A stretch of 64,000 nucleotides of DNA from assembly GCA_012959805.1 (NCBI GenBank), contig DUCN01000018.1, positions 21,415 to 85,414 on the forward strand. Reading direction: 5' to 3'. The DNA is from Myxococcales bacterium (lineage in GTDB: Bacteria > Myxococcota_A > UBA9160 > UBA4427). The position numbers and the translations under genes were made by a program. The notes below the pieces were generated by a model. That model worked only from the letters and a program-made list of their open reading frames with translations, searched no databases and was not told where the DNA came from. Positions 9,153-18,948 of the stretch are shown in pieces. Numbering within the stretch: the stretch's first letter is position 1; the number at the start of each line of letters is the position of its first letter.

Positions 9153-10544
9153 TCAGCCCTCTCGATTGGGATCCTCGATCCCCAGCTTTTCGACCCGGTA
9201 ACGAAATGACCGGAATGACACACCCAGCAGACGCGCCGCACGTTTCTTCACGCCGCCGCTCAGCAACAGTGCCTCGCGCAGGAGCGAACGTTCGTAATCC
9301 GCAACGAGCGTTTCGAGATCAACGCCCTGCTCCGTAATTCGCGTCGTAGGTCGACTCTCGCGCGACCGCGTCACATTCGCGGGAAGCATGTCGCGGCCAA
9401 TAATCGGCACACGTGTCAGCGCCACAGCCCGCTCGATCAGGTTTTCGAGCTCGCGCACATTCCCGGGGAACTCGTAGCCTGCGAGCACTTCATAGACTTC
9501 ATCGTCCATGCCCTCGATGGTTTTCCCCATGTCCTCGGCAAAGACTCGAATGAAATGCTGTGCCAGGAGTGGAATATCCTCGAGTCGATCACGCAGCGGC
9601 GGAAGAGTCAATTGAATCACGTTCAGGCGGTAGTAGACATCCTCGCGGAAGCGCCCGGCTGAAACCTCATCCTCGAGATGCCGATTTGTCGCAGATACGA
9701 TTCGAACATCGATCTTACGGTCCACGATATCGCCGACTCGCCGAATTGAACGCTCCTGAAGTGCCCGAAGCAGCTTCACCTGGAGCGGCTGGGACAACTC
9801 TCCGATTTCGTCGAGAAAGAGTGTCCCCCCAGTCGCAGCTTCGAAAAGGCCTTGCTTGGTCTGAACGGCACCGGTAAATGCGCCCTTCATGTGACCAAAG
9901 AGTTCGCTCTCGAGAAGATTTTCGGGAATCGCGCCACAGTTGATTGCGATGAAGGGCTGGTCGGAACGATCACTCTGCTCGTGAATTGCGCGAGCCACCA
10001 ATTCCTTACCCGTTCCGCTCTCGCCCGAGACGAGCACATTCGTCTTCGTCTCCGCAACCCGCGCAATCAGGTCATACACGGCCTGCATCGCCTGACTGTG
10101 ACCAATGATATTTCGATCCCGGGAATGATTTCGAAGCTCCTGTCGCAGTCGTCGATTTTCATTCGAAAGAAGTTTTTTCTCGAGCGCCTTTTCGATCACG
10201 ATCCGAAGCTCTTCAACTTTGAAGGGCTTCGTCAGATAATCGTAGGCACCTTCCTTCATCGCGGCGATTGCGCTGTCAGTGGTCCCGAAGGCTGTCACCA
10301 CGATTAGAATTGTCTCCGGCGAGATTTCACGCGCAGCCAACAAGAGATCCAGGCCGGTCTTTTCGGGCATCTGCATGTCGGTGACGACGAGATCGATTTC
10401 ATCCGCTTCGAGATGCATGACGGCGGTATCGACATCGGGCGCCGTGACCACGTCATAGCCCTCGCGACGCAAGAAGATCTCGAGAAACTCCCGCATACTC
10501 TGTTCATCGTCGACAACGAGAATTCGAGCATTGAATTCACTCAT
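9153..10544 (-). CDS. pilR: Sigma54-dependent response regulator PilR
   Basis: MSEFNARILVVDDEQS receiver, GESGTGKELVARAIH, GAFTGA and a C-terminal HTH. ATG 10544 overlaps the pilS stop (ATGA). Order pilS-pilR follows pilBTC. Confidence 0.85.
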   Translation of the reverse strand: MSEFNARILVVDDEQSMREFLEIFLRREGYDVVTAPDVDTAVMHLEADEIDLVVTDMQMPEKTGLDLLLAAREISPETILIVVTAFGTTDSAIAAMKEGAYDYLTKPFKVEELRIVIEKALEKKLLSNENRRLRQELRNHSRDRNIIGHSQAMQAVYDLIARVAETKTNVLVSGESGTGKELVARAIHEQSDRSDQPFIAINCGAIPENLLESELFGHMKGAFTGAVQTKQGLFEAATGGTLFLDEIGELSQPLQVKLLRALQERSIRRVGDIVDRKIDVRIVSATNRHLEDEVSAGRFREDVYYRLNVIQLTLPPLRDRLEDIPLLAQHFIRVFAEDMGKTIEGMDDEVYEVLAGYEFPGNVRELENLIERAVALTRVPIIGRDMLPANVTRSRESRPTTRITEQGVDLETLVADYERSLLREALLLSGGVKKRAARLLGVSFRSFRYRVEKLGIEDPNREG

Positions 10545-12313
10545 GAGGAGACCTCTGCCAAAGCCAGGGAGACGCGAAAGCACGCGCCGCCTGAGTCTCC
10601 AGACAAAGCCTCGATCACCCCGTCATGCTGTTCCACGATTCTCCGCACCGTCGCCAACCCCAATCCAGTTCCATCCCGCTTCGTCGTAAAGAAAGGCTCA
10701 AAAATCATGGCCTGTGCATCGGCTGCGATGCCAGGTCCAGTGTCTTCGATTTCGAACCTCGCGATCCAATCTGTGCTCTGAAGGGAATCCGTACCCTCAC
10801 CGGGTTCGTTACGGCGTATCGGCCGATGGTCTTGAGACACGTTCCGACGGACACATCGAACCCGCGCAAATAGCTGGCCAACCCCATCCATAGCCTCATT
10901 GGCGTTATTCCAGAGATTCCAGATCACCGCCTTCAACTGCGAGGGATCCGCCATCACAACAACCTCGGCATCGAGGTCTAATGAGACGCGAATATTGGAC
11001 TCACCCTGGGCCTGGCTCATTTCCGCAATCTCTTCGACCAGGTGCGCGAGGACGACAGGCTCGGGTTTGATCGGCGCAGGACGCGAATAGCGCAGGAAGT
11101 CACCGATCAAGTGGTTCAATCGATCGACTTCCCGCACGACGATGTCCATCAATCTGACTTGTTCGGTGTCGACTTCTTCATCTGTCGCTGAGGCCTTAAG
11201 GACCTGAACCGAACCCGAGATCGAAGCCAGTGGATTGCGAATTTCATGTGCCATCCGCGCGGCCATTTCACCTACTGCTGCCAAACGTTCGGATTGGCGA
11301 AGCTCAAGTTCCATCGAAACCACGTCGGTCACATCCTGAAAAATCACGACGTGTCCGACTTGATTGCCGCCTTCATCCCTCAGGCTCGACGCGGCCATTC
11401 CGAGAAAAACGTCTTCGCCGAGTACGTTCTGATAGGCGATGCGATCCCTCCCGACACTCGCCCCATCTGATAGCTCGCGTTCGGCCCCAGCCAGGATCTC
11501 GACAGCGCCGGGAATCACTCCCCCGAGCGTCCGACCCGATGCGTCCTTCGCGGTGACACCGGTAATGCGCTCCGCTTCCGGATTGAATGATGTGATGCGG
11601 CCTTGATCATCCGTGGTCAGCAGTCCACTGCCGATGCTCTCCACCGTTCGAAGATGCAGGTCGCGCAATCGGCGAAGATCAGTGGTGCGCCGATCCAGAG
11701 CTGCACCCGTTCGACGCAGCTCCGATGCCAATGAATTTGCGAGCATTCCCAACACCAGCAAGGCGCCGGCGTAGAAGCCCCAATACGCACCCAATACCGA
11801 CAGAGGCAATCCCCGCCCCGGCAGCCCCATCGATGGAAGCCAACCCAGCTCGACTCCGAAGAGAACCACGCCGTAGCCCACGGCAGCAAGCCCCGAACTC
11901 AGCACGACTCCATTGCGATCTAGAAAGAGCGCTCCATAAAGAACGACCAGCGCATAGAGAATCGTAAAAACCGATTCACCACCGCCCGAGAAATAAACGA
12001 GCGAAGTGACGATCGTCAGATCCGTCACGACTTGCACCGTGGCAAAGCGAGAGGGGTTGATCGTCCGGCTCACGAGGAGCCCAGAGACGATCGTTGCGAG
12101 AAAGGCTCCGGCGACCGTCCAATATACGCCCCAGATTCCAGCGCCGGTCTCGAAAGCCTCGATGCGATCGAGCGTCACCGCGAGACCGAGACTCAGGCCC
12201 GCAAGGAGAAGGCGGGCTCCGATGAGCCAACCCAGCTCGGTTCGAGTCTTCGCGTCGACGTTTTCTTCCCCTGCGAGAATGACGTCGTTGCTCGTCACAT
12301 TACTTTCCTTCAT
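10541..12313 (-). CDS. pilS: Multi-TM PAS sensor histidine kinase PilS
   Basis: About six N-terminal TM helices, a PAS region, H-box MAARMAHEIRNPLASISGS and HATPase_c (GTGLGLATVRRIV). Immediately upstream of pilR. Confidence 0.8.
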   Translation of the reverse strand: MKESNVTSNDVILAGEENVDAKTRTELGWLIGARLLLAGLSLGLAVTLDRIEAFETGAGIWGVYWTVAGAFLATIVSGLLVSRTINPSRFATVQVVTDLTIVTSLVYFSGGGESVFTILYALVVLYGALFLDRNGVVLSSGLAAVGYGVVLFGVELGWLPSMGLPGRGLPLSVLGAYWGFYAGALLVLGMLANSLASELRRTGAALDRRTTDLRRLRDLHLRTVESIGSGLLTTDDQGRITSFNPEAERITGVTAKDASGRTLGGVIPGAVEILAGAERELSDGASVGRDRIAYQNVLGEDVFLGMAASSLRDEGGNQVGHVVIFQDVTDVVSMELELRQSERLAAVGEMAARMAHEIRNPLASISGSVQVLKASATDEEVDTEQVRLMDIVVREVDRLNHLIGDFLRYSRPAPIKPEPVVLAHLVEEIAEMSQAQGESNIRVSLDLDAEVVVMADPSQLKAVIWNLWNNANEAMDGVGQLFARVRCVRRNVSQDHRPIRRNEPGEGTDSLQSTDWIARFEIEDTGPGIAADAQAMIFEPFFTTKRDGTGLGLATVRRIVEQHDGVIEALSGDSGGACFRVSLALAEVSS

Positions 12314-12373
12314 TGGACGGAGATCGAAACATGCCGAATTGGCCGATCCTCTCGAACCAGTGCCTTCGCCGAT

Positions 12374-13585
12374 CTAGTTGATCGAGTCGGCGATCGTAAA
12401 GATCGGCAGGTACATGGCGATCAAAATCGTGCCGATCGATCCGCCCATAAAAACCATCATGAGCGGCTCGAGCATCGCAGTCAGACCACCCACAGCGCTA
12501 TCCACCTCGTCATCATAGAAGTCGGCGATCTTGTTCAACATGATTTCCATCGATCCGGTTTCTTCACCGACGGCCACCATCTGCACCATCATGCCCGGAA
12601 AGATCTTCGACTCCTGCAGTGGCTCCGCAATCGTCTTGCCCTCCGAAATCGATTGCCGAGTCGACTGCAACTCTTCCTCGATAATCATGTTGCCGGCGGT
12701 CTTCGCCACGATGTCGAGACCGTCGAGAATTGGAACACCGCTCGAAATCATCGTGCCAAGCGTCCGCGTAAAGCGGGCGACGGCAACCTTCTTGATGATA
12801 TTTCCAAAGATCGGAAGGTTCAGAGCCAACTGGTCCGTTCTGTAGTGGAAGGCCAGGCTTCGACTACGCGCCTGTGAAAACGCGGTGAAGAACGCAACCA
12901 CTCCGCCGATCAGGTAATGGATATACGCCTGCAGCCAATTGCTGATCCCGATTACCATCTGCGTTGGGCCGGGCAGTGTTCCACCGAAGTCCGCAAACAT
13001 CTGTTCAAAGACGGGAATGACCTTCACCAGCAAGAGCACAATACAAGCCACCGCGATCGACGAAACCGTTGCCGGGTACACCATTGCGCCCTTCAGCTGC
13101 TTGCGAAGTTTCTCAGCCTTCTCGAGTTGTACCGCCAGTCGATTCAGAATCGTATCGAGGATGCCGCCGACTTCGCCGGCCGCAACCAGGTTGACAAAGA
13201 GGGAATCAAAGACCTTGGGATGCTTTCCAAGCGCCTCAGCAAACGTCGAACCGGATTCGACATCATACTTCACCTTCCGAAGCACGGTCTTCATCGTCAG
13301 GTTGTCTTGTTGTTCAGCCAGGATCTGCAGACACTGCACGAGCGGCAGCCCCGCATCGACCATCACGGCGAATTGACGTGTAAAGACAACCAGGTCCTTG
13401 ATCGTCACCTTCGGTGCAAGAAAGGGAAAAATCTCAGACAGGTCTTTCGGCTTCTCCTTCACCTTGCCGGGAGCCAGCCCCGTATTCTTGAGATAAAGGG
13501 CGACCGCCTCCACTGAGGAGGCTTCGAGTTCCCCGGACTTTTTTTCGCCTGCACGCGTCTTCGCATTCCAGAGATAAAGCGCCAT
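12374..13585 (-). CDS. pilC: Type IV pilus platform protein PilC (GspF family)
   Basis: 403 aa with a duplicated T2SS-F domain and three TM regions. Position after pilT. Confidence 0.9.
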   Translation of the reverse strand: MALYLWNAKTRAGEKKSGELEASSVEAVALYLKNTGLAPGKVKEKPKDLSEIFPFLAPKVTIKDLVVFTRQFAVMVDAGLPLVQCLQILAEQQDNLTMKTVLRKVKYDVESGSTFAEALGKHPKVFDSLFVNLVAAGEVGGILDTILNRLAVQLEKAEKLRKQLKGAMVYPATVSSIAVACIVLLLVKVIPVFEQMFADFGGTLPGPTQMVIGISNWLQAYIHYLIGGVVAFFTAFSQARSRSLAFHYRTDQLALNLPIFGNIIKKVAVARFTRTLGTMISSGVPILDGLDIVAKTAGNMIIEEELQSTRQSISEGKTIAEPLQESKIFPGMMVQMVAVGEETGSMEIMLNKIADFYDDEVDSAVGGLTAMLEPLMMVFMGGSIGTILIAMYLPIFTIADSIN

Positions 13586-13664
13586 TTTCCAGTCTCCTGT
13601 TCATCGCATCGGGGCAAGAGTCCGATCGATAGATCTTCTACTTCTTACTTCTCGTCCGATTGCA

Positions 13665-14774
13665 TCAGGGCTTTTTGACCCGACGTCCACCGGCCGCACC
13701 CATCGCTTCGGGTCCCTTATTGATGAGCTGTTGAAGCTCTTCGATATCGGGGCTACGGCCCTTCGCCATTTCTGGATCCACCAGTCTCCGGGTCACCAGC
13801 GACGCCAGACTCTGGTTCATCGTCTGCATGCCGGATTTACCCTGACCCATCTGCATTTGTGAGTACAATTGATGAATCTTGTCATCGCGCATCAGCGCCC
13901 GAATCGCCGCGTTCGGAATCATGACTTCGAGAGCCAACGCTCGACCCGGCCCATTGGCACGCGGCAGCAGCGTCTGACACATCACCGCCTCGAGTACAAA
14001 GCTCAGCTGCTGACGAATCTGTGACTGTTGATAGGGCGGGAAGACGTCGACGATTCGATTGATCGTCTGCACTGCCGAGTTCGTGTGCAGCGTCGCAAAG
14101 GCGAGATGACCCGTCTCCGCAACCGTCAAGGCGGCCTCAATCGTCTCGAGATCGCGAAGCTCACCGATCAGCACGATATCGGGATCTTGTCGAAGGATGT
14201 ATTTCAAGGCATCCTTGAACGACTCCGTATCTGACCCAATCTCTCGCTGATTGACGATGCAGCCCTTATGCGGATGCAGATACTCGATCGGATCCTCGAT
14301 CGTAACGATATGCTCGTTGCGATCTTGATTGATCCGATCGATGATGCTGGCCAGTGTCGTAGACTTTCCTGAGCCCGTCGGTCCCGTCACCAGAATCAGT
14401 CCGCGCGGCTTTTTCGAGAGTTCCTCGACTATCGGTGGCAATTCGAGTTCGTCGAAGGTCATGATCTTAAAGGGAATGGCTCGGAATGCTCCGGAAACGT
14501 TGCCTCGCTGAACGAAGACATTGCCTCGAAAGCGAGAGAGTTTCTGGACACTGAAGGAGAGATCGAGCTCATTCGTCTCTTCGAATCGATGCTTCTGCGC
14601 ATCCGTGAGAACCGAATAACAAAGCTGCTTCGTCTCTTGAGGAGACAAGGGTGGCATCTTCAAGGGATGAAGCTTGCCGTCGATGCGGAGCTGGGGCGGC
14701 GTCCCGGTCGTGATATGGAGATCACTGGCGCCCTTCTCGATCATCGCCTTTAAGAGCTGATGGATGTTGGCCAA
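13665..14774 (-). CDS. pilT: Type IV pilus retraction ATPase PilT
   Basis: TTG 14774 gives (M)ANIHQLLKAMIEKGASDLHI, the canonical PilT N-terminus. Walker A GPTGSGKSTT and IVTIEDPIEY are present. The longest ORF (to 14843) would overlap pilB. Confidence 0.9.
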   Translation of the reverse strand: MANIHQLLKAMIEKGASDLHITTGTPPQLRIDGKLHPLKMPPLSPQETKQLCYSVLTDAQKHRFEETNELDLSFSVQKLSRFRGNVFVQRGNVSGAFRAIPFKIMTFDELELPPIVEELSKKPRGLILVTGPTGSGKSTTLASIIDRINQDRNEHIVTIEDPIEYLHPHKGCIVNQREIGSDTESFKDALKYILRQDPDIVLIGELRDLETIEAALTVAETGHLAFATLHTNSAVQTINRIVDVFPPYQQSQIRQQLSFVLEAVMCQTLLPRANGPGRALALEVMIPNAAIRALMRDDKIHQLYSQMQMGQGKSGMQTMNQSLASLVTRRLVDPEMAKGRSPDIEELQQLINKGPEAMGAAGGRRVKKP

Positions 14775-14790
14775 GTTCTTCGCCCTCTCT

Positions 14791-16500
14791 CTAGTTCGCG
14801 TCCGAGGTGCTGACACGGAAGACCTCAGAGATCGTCGTGACACCTTGGAGCATCATATTCAGCGCGCTGCGGCGCAATGTGACCATGCCGCCGCGAATGG
14901 CTTCACGCTTGATCTCGGTCCCCGAAGCGCCATTGAGGACAAATTCTTTCAGCTGATCGGTCATCACCATAACTTCGTAGATGGCAACTCGGCCTTTGAA
15001 GCCGGTATCCGAGCAATTGCTACAGCCCTGGCCTTTTCTCGGCGTAAAGCTCTTGACGTCTTCTTCACTCAATCCGGCATCGAGGAGCTGCTGCGATTCG
15101 ACTTCCGGATCGTCGGCCACACATTCCGCGCAGATTCGACGAGCCAGGCGCTGAGCCACGATGCAATTCACGGCCGACGCGACCAAGAAGGGTTCGATGC
15201 CCATGTTCAGAAGACGATTGATCGTCGAAGGCGCATCGTTCGTATGCAGGGTCGAAAGAACCATGTGGCCCGTCAGCGCGGCCTTCACTGAAATCTCAGC
15301 GGTCTCGAAGTCACGAATCTCACCCACCATGATGATGTCTGGATCCTGACGAAGGAAGGATCGGAGAGTGGACGCGAAGTTCAGACCAATGTCTTCGTGC
15401 ATCTGCACCTGATTGATGCCGGCGAGATTGAATTCGACGGGATCCTCGGCGGTCGAAACGTTTTCACTGCTCTGATTGAGCTCCGAGAGGGCTGAATAGA
15501 GGGTCGTCGTTTTACCGGAACCCGTCGGACCCGTGACGAGCACCATGCCAAATGGTAGATGGATAGCTTGTTGAAAGTCGTCGAGTTGATCCTGCTCAAA
15601 TCCCAGCTTCGTCATGTCAAGCTGAAGATTGCTCTTGTCCAGAAGTCGAAGCACAATCTTCTCACCAAAGAGAGTCGGCAGGACCGAGACACGAAAGTCC
15701 ATCTCGCGACCCTTGCCCATCTTCAGCTTGATGCGGCCATCCTGTGGCAGCCGCCGCTCGGCAATGTCGAGTTCCGACATGATCTTGACGCGCGAAGTCA
15801 AGGCGTTCTTGAGCTTCAGCGGTGGCTTCATGACCTCGTAGAGAACACCATCGATGCGGTAACGCACGCGAAAGGACTTCTCGTAGGGTTCGATATGGAT
15901 ATCCGACGCCGTCTTCTTGATGGCATCCGTGAGAATCAGATTCACCAGCTTGACGACCGGGGCGTCCTCCGCATCCTTGGCCATCGCATTGGTGTCTTCT
16001 TCATCTTCTCCCGAGACGAAATCGATCCCATCATCATCGAAGTCCGCCATCACATCTTCGAGAAGATCTTCGTCCGGCTGCGAGTAATATGTCTCGATCG
16101 CCCCTCGAATGGCGTCTTCCGAGGCGACCACCGGCTGAATGTTATAACCGGTGAGAAATTTGATGTCGTCGAGTGCGAAGATATTCGAGGGATCTGCGGT
16201 CGCGAGGATCAGAGTCGATCCCGCACGATTGACCGGCACAACGCTATGTTTTTTCGCGACGTCTTCTGGGATCAGCGCAAGAACTTCGCGCTCGATCGTA
16301 AAATCTTCGAGGTTGATGGACGGAACACCATATTGTTTCGCAACGAACTCGGTGAGTTCGTTCTCGTCCATGAAGCCCAGCGCGGTAATCTGCGCGCCAA
16401 GACGTTTGCCGCCTGTCGCCGCTTCTTCACGAGCCTTGAGCAGCTGCTCGGATGAGAGCAAATTCTCTTTGACTAGCAGCTCTCCGATGCGCTCGTTCAA
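14791..16500 (-). CDS. pilB: Type IV pilus extension ATPase PilB (GspE family)
   Basis: TTG 16500 is preceded by GGAGGAG. N-terminal GSPII_E_N-like (M)NERIGELLVKENLLSSEQLLKA, Walker A GPTGSGKTTT and a CxxC..CxxC zinc motif (CAEC..CSNC). The longest ORF runs to 16602. Confidence 0.9.
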   Translation of the reverse strand: MNERIGELLVKENLLSSEQLLKAREEAATGGKRLGAQITALGFMDENELTEFVAKQYGVPSINLEDFTIEREVLALIPEDVAKKHSVVPVNRAGSTLILATADPSNIFALDDIKFLTGYNIQPVVASEDAIRGAIETYYSQPDEDLLEDVMADFDDDGIDFVSGEDEEDTNAMAKDAEDAPVVKLVNLILTDAIKKTASDIHIEPYEKSFRVRYRIDGVLYEVMKPPLKLKNALTSRVKIMSELDIAERRLPQDGRIKLKMGKGREMDFRVSVLPTLFGEKIVLRLLDKSNLQLDMTKLGFEQDQLDDFQQAIHLPFGMVLVTGPTGSGKTTTLYSALSELNQSSENVSTAEDPVEFNLAGINQVQMHEDIGLNFASTLRSFLRQDPDIIMVGEIRDFETAEISVKAALTGHMVLSTLHTNDAPSTINRLLNMGIEPFLVASAVNCIVAQRLARRICAECVADDPEVESQQLLDAGLSEEDVKSFTPRKGQGCSNCSDTGFKGRVAIYEVMVMTDQLKEFVLNGASGTEIKREAIRGGMVTLRRSALNMMLQGVTTISEVFRVSTSDAN

Positions 16501-16811
16501 CGAAACTCCTCCCCGGCCGGTTCTTGGCGGTCGCAGCGATGCGAACAAGCGGAACCATTGGGCGTCCACGCGTTCGTCCTGCTCCTCGCAAAACAAACGC
16601 AACCTCGCTGAGTTATCGGCGAAAATCGGGATGAGCTTTACTAGTCTCGTGAGCCCTCAGCGGATCTAGGGCATGATTGCCGGACATCATGATGGGGATC
16701 CCCCCCCACGCAGAGGGCTATGGTCGACAAGATCCTTTTTATGGGTCCTGCCCCCACCATCGGCATCGGAAACGGGCCCGGAATCGAAAAGTCGTTTCGA
16801 ATCGGCGAGCT

Positions 16812-17759
16812 TCAGATTTTCAGCGCGACCCTGGCCTCATCGATGTCGCGTACGATCTGCGCACGAAGTGCATCCACTGATTCGAATCGCCGCTCCTCGC
16901 GAAGTCGACCATCGAAGGTCAGATCGACCACGCAGCCATAGAGATCCCCGGAAAAATCGATGATATGGGCTTCGGCGACGAGATCCCGCCCATCATGGAA
17001 CGTCGGCCGATAGCCCACGTTGGTCACCACCGGCATCGACCGACCCACCCACTCGGATTCGCCGTCCAGGCATCGAAGATGACCGAAATAGACACCCGGC
17101 TGGGGGAGAATCTCGGTTTCCGGGCAAAGGTTCGCGGTCGGGAACCCAATCGTCCGACCCCGGCGATCCCCAACAATGATCTCTCCCCGTGCACAAAAGG
17201 GCCGACCAAGCAGAAGCGCTGCCTCCTCGACCTCGCCCTGCCCCAGCAACTCCCGGATCCGAGTCGAATTGACGTCTCGACCTTCGATCTGAACCTCCGG
17301 AACGACTGTGACCGAAAATCCAAGATGCGGCCCTCGCTCGGTCAACATCCGCATCGAACCCTTGCGGTCTCGGCCGAAGTGAAAGTCGTAACCGACATAA
17401 ACTTCAACAGGCCGAATGCTCTTGTGGATGAAATGATCGATGAAATGCTCCGAGCCAATCTTGGAGAACTCGCGATCGAAGGGTTCGGCAATAATCGCAT
17501 CCAGACCGAGCGCTTCCATCGTCTCCACCTTCTGATCGAAGGTATCCAGCAGCCGCAGATCGCCCTGCGGCTGAAGCACGCGTCGTGGATGCGGTTCGAA
17601 AGTGTAAACAATCGACTCACCGCCGAGCGCGCGGGCTCGTGCGATCACCAGATCAAGGATCGCCTGATGCCCGAGATGCACGCCATCGAAATTGCCCAAT
17701 GTCAAAATCGGCGAGCGAAATTCCCGTTTTAACTCCCCAACTCCTCGAAAGATCTCCAA
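16812..17759 (-). CDS. ribF: Bifunctional riboflavin kinase / FMN adenylyltransferase
   Basis: TTG 17759 with GAGGA upstream gives (M)EIFRGVGELKREFRSPILTLGNFDGVHLGHQ. The C-terminal riboflavin kinase domain contains GFPTANL. Confidence 0.85.
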   Translation of the reverse strand: MEIFRGVGELKREFRSPILTLGNFDGVHLGHQAILDLVIARARALGGESIVYTFEPHPRRVLQPQGDLRLLDTFDQKVETMEALGLDAIIAEPFDREFSKIGSEHFIDHFIHKSIRPVEVYVGYDFHFGRDRKGSMRMLTERGPHLGFSVTVVPEVQIEGRDVNSTRIRELLGQGEVEEAALLLGRPFCARGEIIVGDRRGRTIGFPTANLCPETEILPQPGVYFGHLRCLDGESEWVGRSMPVVTNVGYRPTFHDGRDLVAEAHIIDFSGDLYGCVVDLTFDGRLREERRFESVDALRAQIVRDIDEARVALKI

Positions 17760-18944
17760 GTGCTTTCCTCGTTCGCTAGACTGCGTGGCGTGCGGATCTT
17801 GTCGCACTACTTCGTTGTTCGGTTTCTAGGCCTCTTCATGACGGCCCTAGTCGCCGTGTTTTTGATTATCGCGACAGTTGAACTCGTCCTGAATTTCGAT
17901 GACCTATCGAGTTTCGAATCCTTCGAAGCATTAGAAGCTTCTCAGTCGATCGAGCCTCTTCCCTCTGTTGCGACCTCGTCCGCTCCGCCGTCCTTGTTCC
18001 TGGCCATTGCCTACGCCCTTTGGATCCGACTGACCTCGTACTACCTGACAGACGTCATTCCGATCGCAAGCTTTTTGGCCGTCTTCATCACGTTTTCGTG
18101 GGCGGGTCGCCGGATGGAATTGGTTGCCGTTGCTGCTGGTGGCATCCGTCTCGGTCGAATCATCATTCCGGTCATCCTAACGAGCATCATCCTATCGCTT
18201 GCGACAGCGGTTCTCCACGAAACTCTCATCCTCGAAAACCAACAGATTTCGGCGAATCGGCGAGCCGAAAGCCATCGCCAACCGAATTTCGGCCGCAAGG
18301 CCTTCTGGCACCACAGGGGACGCACGATTACGAATATTGCGTTCGCGGATGCAGGATCCCGAACCCTGCATGATGTGGAGATTTTCGAGCGCGGACCGAC
18401 CGGAACGATCGTCCGCGTCATTCGCACAAAATTTGTACAGATCACGACCAGGGGCGTATGGACGATCAATGACGCATCGGTCTGGACTTTCGATCCGGCG
18501 GACCCGACCGCGCAACCGAATCTCGAGACCCACGTCTCCGTCGCGCTGAATCTCGATGCGGTCGGCGGCGACGCGATGCTCCAGCCCGATCCAGCCATGC
18601 TTGCTCTCTCTGATTTGCGTCACTACCTCGCTGCGAACCCCGGCGACCACCCGGCGACCCTCCGGCGGCTCCATGGCCTCTACCACGCTCGTTTGGCCAG
18701 CCCAATTCTCGTGGTGGTCTTCGCATGGCTGGCCTTGCCCTTCGCGCTCCGCATCGATGAGCGGGGTCGATTCGGCAGGCCAGCTGCCGCGGCCATCGCG
18801 ACTCTAGGCGCTTTCTTTCTCTTGCAGAATGCCGGGGCCACTCTCGCACTACGAGATTTCGCACCGCCCGGTGTCACCCCCTGGCTTGCGATTGCGATGG
18901 TCGTTGTCGGATCCTCAATCGCGCTCCGACAACTAAAGTACTAA
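17760..18944 (+). CDS. LptF/LptG-family (YjgP/YjgQ) permease
   Basis: VRILSHYFVVRFLGLF N-terminus typical of the family, with TM helices flanking a periplasmic beta-jellyroll-sized insert. The true start may be GTG 17790. Confidence 0.7.
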   Translation: MLSSFARLRGVRILSHYFVVRFLGLFMTALVAVFLIIATVELVLNFDDLSSFESFEALEASQSIEPLPSVATSSAPPSLFLAIAYALWIRLTSYYLTDVIPIASFLAVFITFSWAGRRMELVAVAAGGIRLGRIIIPVILTSIILSLATAVLHETLILENQQISANRRAESHRQPNFGRKAFWHHRGRTITNIAFADAGSRTLHDVEIFERGPTGTIVRVIRTKFVQITTRGVWTINDASVWTFDPADPTAQPNLETHVSVALNLDAVGGDAMLQPDPAMLALSDLRHYLAANPGDHPATLRRLHGLYHARLASPILVVVFAWLALPFALRIDERGRFGRPAAAAIATLGAFFLLQNAGATLALRDFAPPGVTPWLAIAMVVVGSSIALRQLKY

Positions 18945-18948
18945 CTCG

